This document shows, one piece after another, positions 58,246 to 64,000 of a DNA stretch of 64,000 nucleotides. A model generated the notes under the pieces. It was not told the origin of the DNA. It ran no database searches and was given only the letters and a program-made list of their open reading frames with translations. Numbering within the stretch: position 1 is the stretch's first letter; every line of letters begins with the position of its first letter. Made by a program: the position numbers and the translations under genes. The stretch spans positions 8,247 through 72,246 of the forward strand of contig CANQPT010000003.1 of the NCBI GenBank assembly GCA_947625805.1, given 5' to 3'. This stretch comes from an uncultured Clostridia bacterium. Lineage in GTDB: Bacteria; Bacillota; Clostridia; Oscillospirales; CAG-272.

Positions 58246-59238
58246 ATGGCGGAATTACGGTGGAATCCCATGGCAAAAGACTGGGTCATGGTTATCTCAA
58301 ACAGGGCGAAACGCCCCAATATGCCCAAGGACTACTGTCCCTTTTGTCCCGGCTCCGGTAAGGTTCCGGAACAGTACACGGTATTAAAATACGACAACGA
58401 TTTTCCCGCGCTGTCAATGACCCCGGCACAGCCGGACACACCCATGACCGCAGGGGCAAAGGGATTATACGACGTTGCTCCCGCTTACGGCAAGTGTGAG
58501 GTCATTCTCTTTTCCCCCGAGCACGAGGGGACCCTCTACGGCCTGTCGGCCGAGCATATGACCAAGGTGGTTGACCTTTGGTGCGAGCGGTTTGCCGAAC
58601 TTTCCTCTGACCCCGAGGTCAAATACGTCTTTATTTTCGAGAATCGCGGCGAGGAAGTGGGCGTGACCCAGCCGCACCCCCACGGGCAGATTTACGCCTA
58701 TCCGTTCTTACCCAAGAAGATCGCCCTCGAGGCGGAGAATGCAAAGGAATATTACGAGCAGAACGGAAGGTGCCTGTTCTGTGATATGAACCGGGAGGAG
58801 ATCGCCTTCGGTGAGCGGGTAATCTATGAGAACGAGGACTTTATCGCCTATATTCCGTTCTTTTCCGAGTATGCCTACGGCATCATGATCAGCGCCAAGC
58901 GGCATAAGAACAATTTGAGTGATTTTACCGTACGCGAGCGTGTCAATTTGGGCGACATCATTCAAAAAATCACGGGTATGTACGACAACCTGTTTGACAC
59001 AAGATTTCCGTATATGCTCTGTATGCACAACGCACCGGTAAACGGTGAGGATGTGCGTGACAGTTATCATTTTCACATCGAAATGCTGACCCCCATGCGT
59101 GCTGCCACCGTGCAGCAGTTCCGTGCGTCCAGCGAGTCGGGCGCGTGGGCCGGTTGTAACCCCTCATCCCCCGAGCAGAACGCGGCTCAGATGCGGGAGG
59201 CAATGGGGCGTTTTATGGCAGGTAAGGAGAACAAATAA
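58246..59238 (+). CDS. galT: Galactose-1-phosphate uridylyltransferase (HIT-like type I)
   Basis: ELRWNP, RAKRP, CPFCPG, NDFPAL, FENRG, HPHGQ. Confidence 0.93.
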   Translation: MAELRWNPMAKDWVMVISNRAKRPNMPKDYCPFCPGSGKVPEQYTVLKYDNDFPALSMTPAQPDTPMTAGAKGLYDVAPAYGKCEVILFSPEHEGTLYGLSAEHMTKVVDLWCERFAELSSDPEVKYVFIFENRGEEVGVTQPHPHGQIYAYPFLPKKIALEAENAKEYYEQNGRCLFCDMNREEIAFGERVIYENEDFIAYIPFFSEYAYGIMISAKRHKNNLSDFTVRERVNLGDIIQKITGMYDNLFDTRFPYMLCMHNAPVNGEDVRDSYHFHIEMLTPMRAATVQQFRASSESGAWAGCNPSSPEQNAAQMREAMGRFMAGKENK

Positions 59239-60221
59239 TGAATATACTCGTCACAGGCGGCGCGGGCTATATCGGATCCCACGCGGTCGCAGCACTGTGT
59301 GAGAGAGGGCATCAGGCGGTCGTGGTAGACAATCTGGTCAAGGGCCATCGGGCGGCGGTAGGAGATGCAAAATTATACGTGGGCAGCATCGGCGACGAGC
59401 AGTTCATGGACCGGGTATTTGCCGAGAACAAGATCGACGGCGTGATGCATTTTGCGGCTTTTTCCTTGGTGGGAGAAAGCATGAGCCAGCCCTACGAATA
59501 CTATAATAACAACGTGTGTGAGAGTATGCACCTCTTTCACAGTATGGTGAAAAACGGCGTCAATCATATCGTTTTTTCTTCCACTGCCGCGACTTTTGGG
59601 GAACCGCTCGAGATCCCGATCTCGGAAAAGACGCCCCAAAACCCGATCAACACCTATGGCGAAACCAAGCTGGCAATGGAAAAGATGCTCAAGTGGTTTG
59701 GCGCGGCTTACGGGCTTAACAGCATCTGCCTGCGGTATTTTAATGTGGCAGGCGCTCATCCGTCGGGAAAGATCGGCGAAGATCACCGCCCCGAGACCCA
59801 TCTGATCCCCATTGTTCTGCAGGCGGCGGCCGGGAGACGGGAGTCGATCAGCATTTTCGGTGACGATTACCCGACTGCGGACGGCTCTTGCGTGCGGGAC
59901 TATATCCATGTGACAGATCTTGCCGACGCACATATTTTAGCACTTGAATACATGATGCGAAAGAATTGCTCGGATGCGTTCAATCTGGGAAGCGGCGGCG
60001 GATATTCCAATTTGCAGATCCTTGAAACTGCAAAACGGGTAACAGGGCGGCCGATCCCGTCAAAAATTGAGGCCCGTCGGCCGGGCGATCCGCCGGTGCT
60101 GATCGCATCCAGCGACAAAGCCGAGCGTCTGTTGGGTTGGAAACGCAAATATGGGATCGAGGAGATTATCTCGACCGCATGGAAATGGCACGAAAGCCAT
60201 CCGAACGGCTACGGAGATTGA
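59238..60221 (+). CDS. galE: UDP-glucose 4-epimerase
   Basis: [40 protein letters not shown]. Confidence 0.97.
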   Translation: MNILVTGGAGYIGSHAVAALCERGHQAVVVDNLVKGHRAAVGDAKLYVGSIGDEQFMDRVFAENKIDGVMHFAAFSLVGESMSQPYEYYNNNVCESMHLFHSMVKNGVNHIVFSSTAATFGEPLEIPISEKTPQNPINTYGETKLAMEKMLKWFGAAYGLNSICLRYFNVAGAHPSGKIGEDHRPETHLIPIVLQAAAGRRESISIFGDDYPTADGSCVRDYIHVTDLADAHILALEYMMRKNCSDAFNLGSGGGYSNLQILETAKRVTGRPIPSKIEARRPGDPPVLIASSDKAERLLGWKRKYGIEEIISTAWKWHESHPNGYGD

Positions 60222-60235
60222 AACCCCGACCGCTT

Positions 60236-60403
60236 GCTTTCCCCCTCGGGGGAAGGTGGATCGGGAGCGGTTTTTGCGGCCGGGACGGATGAGAGGGTGC
60301 GGGTAAGATTTTCTTTGCCGGGGCGTTCTTGATGCACTTTGCCCTCTTCCGAAGTCCGACCCTTATCAATCGCCTGCGGCGACAGCTTCCCCCGGGGGAA
60401 GCC
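60236..60403. repeat. Inverted doublet of REP-like palindromic units
   Basis: Left TTCCCCC-tc-GGGGGAA-GGTGG...GACGGATGAGAGGG; right unit in reverse TTCCCCCGGGGGAA-GCTGTCGCC-gca-GGCGATTGATAAGGG. Confidence 0.65.
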
Positions 60404-60437
60404 TTTCTTGTATTTCAACGCATATTTGGAGGCGGCA

Positions 60438-61874
60438 ATGAGTGTAATAAACGGTTATTATCCCGAAGATGTATTCCGCTATTTTGAGGAGATCTGTGCC
60501 ATTCCGCACGGATCAGGAAACGAAAAGGCGATCGCCGATTATATCGAGCGCACTGCGCGTCAAGCGGGATTGTCGGTCTACCGCGATTCCTACAACAACG
60601 TATTGGTCAGCAAGTGCGCCAAGGCCGGCTTTGAGGATTTTCCCGCCGTGCTTTTGCAGGGGCATACCGATATGGTCTGCGAGAAAGATCCGGACAGTAC
60701 CCACGATTTTGAGCGCGATCCGCTCAAACTGCGGCTTCAGGATGGTTTTGTCAGTGCTGTCGGCACTACTTTGGGGGCGGACGACGGGATCGCGGTTGCC
60801 ATGATGTTGGCAGTTCTGACCGATCCCACCCTGGAGCACGGACCGGTTGAGTGCCTGTTTACCGTGGATGAGGAGCGGGGCATGACCGGAGCGCAGAACT
60901 TTGACTATTCCCGCATTTCCGCCCGCCGGGTGATCAACCTTGATTCGGAAGCAGAAGGGGAGTGCGTGATCAGTTGTGCCGGCGGTGCGGATTTCACCTA
61001 CCGCTTTGCAAACACCTATGCACACAATGTTCATCCTACCGCCAAGATCACCATCGGCGGCCTTGCGGGCGGGCATTCGGGAGCGGATATTCACTTGGGT
61101 CTGCACAATGCAAATGCGTGTATGGCGCGGTTTTTGTGGGAAGAATATCAAAACAAACCGTTTCAGTTGATCTCCATCGACGGCGGCGCACGGCACAATG
61201 TGATTACCTCCGAGTGCACGGCGCTGATCAGCTGCGATCACATCGACCGACTAAAGCAGCACGCCGCGGACTTTGAGCGCGAACTGCGCGCCCACTGCCG
61301 ACCGGCAGACGCGGGCGTACGGGTGCGCGTGGACCGCAAGGGCGTGCGGGAACAAGCGCTCAGTTTCCGGCAGAGCGCACGGATCCTGTCGGCCGTTTTG
61401 CTTGCTCCCGCAGGGGTTTTGTGTCAGGCAGAGGACGGTATGCCGCTCGCCTCCTCCAATCTGGGAGTGGTGCGCACGGATGAGGATTGCGTGCGCCTCG
61501 AATACTTCTTCCGCTTCAACGTCGAATGTTACCATCGGGAATATGCCGAAAAATACCGTATTCTTGCGGATCTGCTCGGGTGTGAACTGATCACGGGCGG
61601 CTATAACGCCTGCTGGGAAAAGAAGGAACACTCCGCTCTTGCACGCATCTATCAGGACGCCTTCCGCAAGTTGTACGGGGGCAGGGAAGCACGCCTCTGC
61701 TCTATGCACGCGGGCGTGGAATGCGGTATGATCCGGCAGGGCTTGGGTCCGGAGGCGGATCTCATTTCCATCGGACCGGATCTTTTTGATATCCACACTC
61801 CCCGTGAGCGCGGCGATCTGCTCTCCATCGGGCGCACCTACGGACTGCTGCTCAAACTGATTGCAGCCCGGTAA
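60438..61874 (+). CDS. pepD: Aminoacyl-histidine dipeptidase (M20)
   Basis: IPHGSGNE, QGHTDMV, LGADDG, DEE, NLDSE, HAGVECG, IHTP; ATG after GGAGG. Confidence 0.93.
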   Translation: MSVINGYYPEDVFRYFEEICAIPHGSGNEKAIADYIERTARQAGLSVYRDSYNNVLVSKCAKAGFEDFPAVLLQGHTDMVCEKDPDSTHDFERDPLKLRLQDGFVSAVGTTLGADDGIAVAMMLAVLTDPTLEHGPVECLFTVDEERGMTGAQNFDYSRISARRVINLDSEAEGECVISCAGGADFTYRFANTYAHNVHPTAKITIGGLAGGHSGADIHLGLHNANACMARFLWEEYQNKPFQLISIDGGARHNVITSECTALISCDHIDRLKQHAADFERELRAHCRPADAGVRVRVDRKGVREQALSFRQSARILSAVLLAPAGVLCQAEDGMPLASSNLGVVRTDEDCVRLEYFFRFNVECYHREYAEKYRILADLLGCELITGGYNACWEKKEHSALARIYQDAFRKLYGGREARLCSMHAGVECGMIRQGLGPEADLISIGPDLFDIHTPRERGDLLSIGRTYGLLLKLIAAR

Positions 61875-61893
61875 GCCTCCCTGTTTTTTCAAA

Positions 61894-61952
61894 TTAAGAA
61901 ATTTTAAGAAATATGATAGGCGAATTTTAAGATTTCAGCAGTAGACTATAAT
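61894..61952 (+). promoter_or_regulatory. Promoter of the GT2/two-component operon with TTAAGA repeats
   Basis: TTAAGA at 61894, 61904, 61927; TATAAT at 61947-61952; no consensus -35. Confidence 0.6.
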
Positions 61953-62000
61953 CAGTCGATTTGTGCGTCGCACGAAACCTGAATCGACACCAAAGGTACC

Positions 62001-63272
62001 ATGAATACGATTATTGTCTTTAACTTTATACTGTTTATCGTGTTTACCCTGTGTTTTGCCTATCAGTTCTTTTATATGGCGGTGGCGCTTTTGTGCCGTC
62101 CGAGGCGGTATCAGGCAAAAAACAATCACAAATTTGCGGTAATCATTTCCGCGCGCAACGAGCAGGCGGTCATTGGTCAACTGCTCGACAGCATCAATCG
62201 GCAGAAATATCCGAGAGAGTTGGTGGACGTATTTGTGGTCGCGGACAACTGCACCGACAAAACCGCCGAAGTCGCGGCGGCAAGGGGCGCGTATGTGTTC
62301 AGCCGCAACGATACCCGCAGGATCGGAAAAGGCTATGCGCTCAATTATATTTTCCGTATCATCTATTCCCGCTTTGACGACCGAAAGTACGAGGGATATT
62401 TTGTCTTTGACGCGGACAATATTTTAGATGAAAATTACATTGCGAGCATGAACGCGGTCTTTGACCGTGGCTATCGCATTATTACCAGTTACCGCAATTC
62501 CAAGAATTACGGGGACAACTGGCTGTCCGCCGCGTCCTCTCTGTGGTTTTTGCGGGAGGCACGGTATCTCAATAACGCACGCATGATCTTGGGCACCAGC
62601 TGTGCCATCTCGGGAACGGGCTTTTTGATCAGCGACGAGATTATCCGCCGTTCCGGCGGCTGGTGTCACGACCTGCTGACCGAGGACATTGAATTTACCG
62701 TGGACAATATTATTCGCGGGGAAACCATCGGATACTGCAACGACGCGATCCTGTACGACGAACAGCCGGTCACCATGCAGCAGTCCGCAAGACAGCGTAT
62801 GCGCTGGGCAAAGGGCTTTTATCAGGTGTTCGCAAATTACGGCGGCAAACTCTTTCTTTCCATTTTCAAAAAGAGAAAATTTGCCTGCTTTGACATGATG
62901 ATGACCATCGCACCCGCGATGCTCTGTACATTGACTCTATTTCTTGTGGACGCGGCCGCGTTTATTTACGCTGCGGCGGTGGGCGATCCCATGCTGTATG
63001 ATCTTCTCGTCGTACTCTTGCAGGCGGCGCTTGGTTTTTACGCATTGTTCTTCTTGATCGGTACGGTCACGGTCATTTCCGAGTGGCCGCAAATCCACTG
63101 TCCCGCCTACAAGAAAATCCTGTATCTATTCACTTTTCCGGTGTTTATGTTTACCTATGTTCCCATTTCCATTTACGCCCTGTTTGCCAAGGTCGAGTGG
63201 AAACCGATCGTGCATAAACCCATGGCCAATAATTCGTCTGTTCCCGTTGTAACCGGTATGCCTGAGAGGTAA
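62001..63272 (+). CDS. Membrane-bound GT2 glycosyltransferase
   Basis: N-terminal TM, SARNE, ADNC, FDADN, TEDIEF, RQRMRW (QxxRW), C-terminal TMs. Confidence 0.92.
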   Translation: MNTIIVFNFILFIVFTLCFAYQFFYMAVALLCRPRRYQAKNNHKFAVIISARNEQAVIGQLLDSINRQKYPRELVDVFVVADNCTDKTAEVAAARGAYVFSRNDTRRIGKGYALNYIFRIIYSRFDDRKYEGYFVFDADNILDENYIASMNAVFDRGYRIITSYRNSKNYGDNWLSAASSLWFLREARYLNNARMILGTSCAISGTGFLISDEIIRRSGGWCHDLLTEDIEFTVDNIIRGETIGYCNDAILYDEQPVTMQQSARQRMRWAKGFYQVFANYGGKLFLSIFKKRKFACFDMMMTIAPAMLCTLTLFLVDAAAFIYAAAVGDPMLYDLLVVLLQAALGFYALFFLIGTVTVISEWPQIHCPAYKKILYLFTFPVFMFTYVPISIYALFAKVEWKPIVHKPMANNSSVPVVTGMPER

Positions 63273-63276
63273 GCGC

Positions 63277-63966
63277 ATGAAACATAAAATCCTGGTCGTC
63301 GATGACAATCCCGATCTGCGCGAGGTCATTTCTATCTTTCTCACCGGAGAGGGATACGAGGTGGTCACCGCTTCGGATGGGGAGGAGGCGCTGGCGATTA
63401 TGGACGAAACCGTGGATCTGGTCATTCTCGATGTAATGATGCCCGGACTCTCCGGCTACAAGGTCTGTTCACAGATCCGCGAGCGAAGCATGGCACCCAT
63501 TTTGTTCTTAACCGCGAAAACGCAGGACTCAGACAAGGCGATGGGCTTTTCCTCGGGCGGGGACGACTATCTGTCCAAGCCTTTTTCCTATAATGAACTG
63601 CTGGCCCGTGTTAAGGCGCTGTTGCGCAGATATTATGTGTACAGCGGAAAGACCAAGGAGGCCAACAATTATATTTCGCTGCTGGACCTTCTCATCAACA
63701 CCGAATTCAATGAGGTCAAGCGGGGCGATACGGAACTTGCTTTGACCGATATTGAGTATCGCATTCTTTTGTTGCTGGCATCTCACAAACGGCGGATCTT
63801 TTCGGTACAGAATATCTACGAGAGCATTTGGGAAGAGCCTTATTATTATACTGCGAACAACACCGTAATGGTGCATATCCGGAAACTGCGCTCTAAACTC
63901 GAGGACAATCCGCAAAACCCAAAATATGTCAAGACCGTATGGGGAAAAGGATACCGTGTTGAATAA
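63277..63966 (+). CDS. OmpR-family response regulator
   Basis: LVVDD, LDVMMP, FLTAK, DDYLSKPF; winged helix VMVHIRKLRSKL...TVWGKGY. Confidence 0.97.
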   Translation: MKHKILVVDDNPDLREVISIFLTGEGYEVVTASDGEEALAIMDETVDLVILDVMMPGLSGYKVCSQIRERSMAPILFLTAKTQDSDKAMGFSSGGDDYLSKPFSYNELLARVKALLRRYYVYSGKTKEANNYISLLDLLINTEFNEVKRGDTELALTDIEYRILLLLASHKRRIFSVQNIYESIWEEPYYYTANNTVMVHIRKLRSKLEDNPQNPKYVKTVWGKGYRVE

Positions 63967-64000
63967 AAAACACATAGTACCAAAAAAAGAAAAACTGATC
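63959..64000 (+). CDS. Possible start of cognate sensor kinase (truncated by window edge)
   Basis: TTG at 63959 overlapping the regulator stop gives 14 open codons to the edge; identity inferred only from position. Confidence 0.3.
   Translation, partial: MNKKHIVPKKEKLI

Noticed and set aside
60209-60418. 69-aa minus-strand ORF and the upstream extension of pepD from 60339
   Set aside because: Both arise from the palindromic repeat element; the real pepD start is ATG 60438 with a GGAGG RBS.
1-64000. tRNA, rRNA, transposase, integrase, prophage or recoded-stop (Sec/Pyl) genes
   Set aside because: No cloverleaf-sized structured gaps, no recombinase or phage motifs, and all recognised proteins end at expected lengths.

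Overview
GC-rich chromosomal segment of a Firmicute (Clostridia-like; inferred from the rplU-prp-rpmA order with an extended L27, an SLH protein, the ymfF/ymfH pair and sigmaA-type promoters). It is almost entirely protein-coding housekeeping DNA: uxaC and a beta-glucuronidase, hup-comEC-ymfFH-lgt-folD, rplU-prp-rpmA, apgM-lepB-rbgA-rnhB-yraN-dipeptidase-thrC, rqcH, murA, a cadC/HMA/cadA metal-efflux operon, tadA, msmX, a Na+-pumping oxaloacetate decarboxylase operon, galT-galE-pepD and a GT2/OmpR two-component operon running off the right edge. I saw no rRNA, tRNA, CRISPR array, transposase, integrase or prophage gene. The most interesting signals are small-scale. (1) A 307-bp AT-rich single-gene cassette with its own promoter and a 59-aa ORF missing from the ORF track, flanked by an 8-bp direct repeat and sitting between a stop codon and its terminator. 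(2) Helically phased TCTTAA/TTAAGA repeats upstream of both galT-galE and the GT2-response regulator operon, suggesting an envelope-glycosylation regulon. (3) Twin 17-bp dyads abutting the promoter of a long XRE regulator. (4) A ribokinase homolog with a degenerate active site. (5) A BspA-like lipoprotein with a C-terminal zinc-ribbon-like domain. (6) Four apparently leaderless genes. (7) A REP/REPIN-like inverted doublet. (8) A +1 frameshifted MATE gene. All functional calls come from motif recognition by eye; no database searches were run, and none of these is demonstrated to be a new system.
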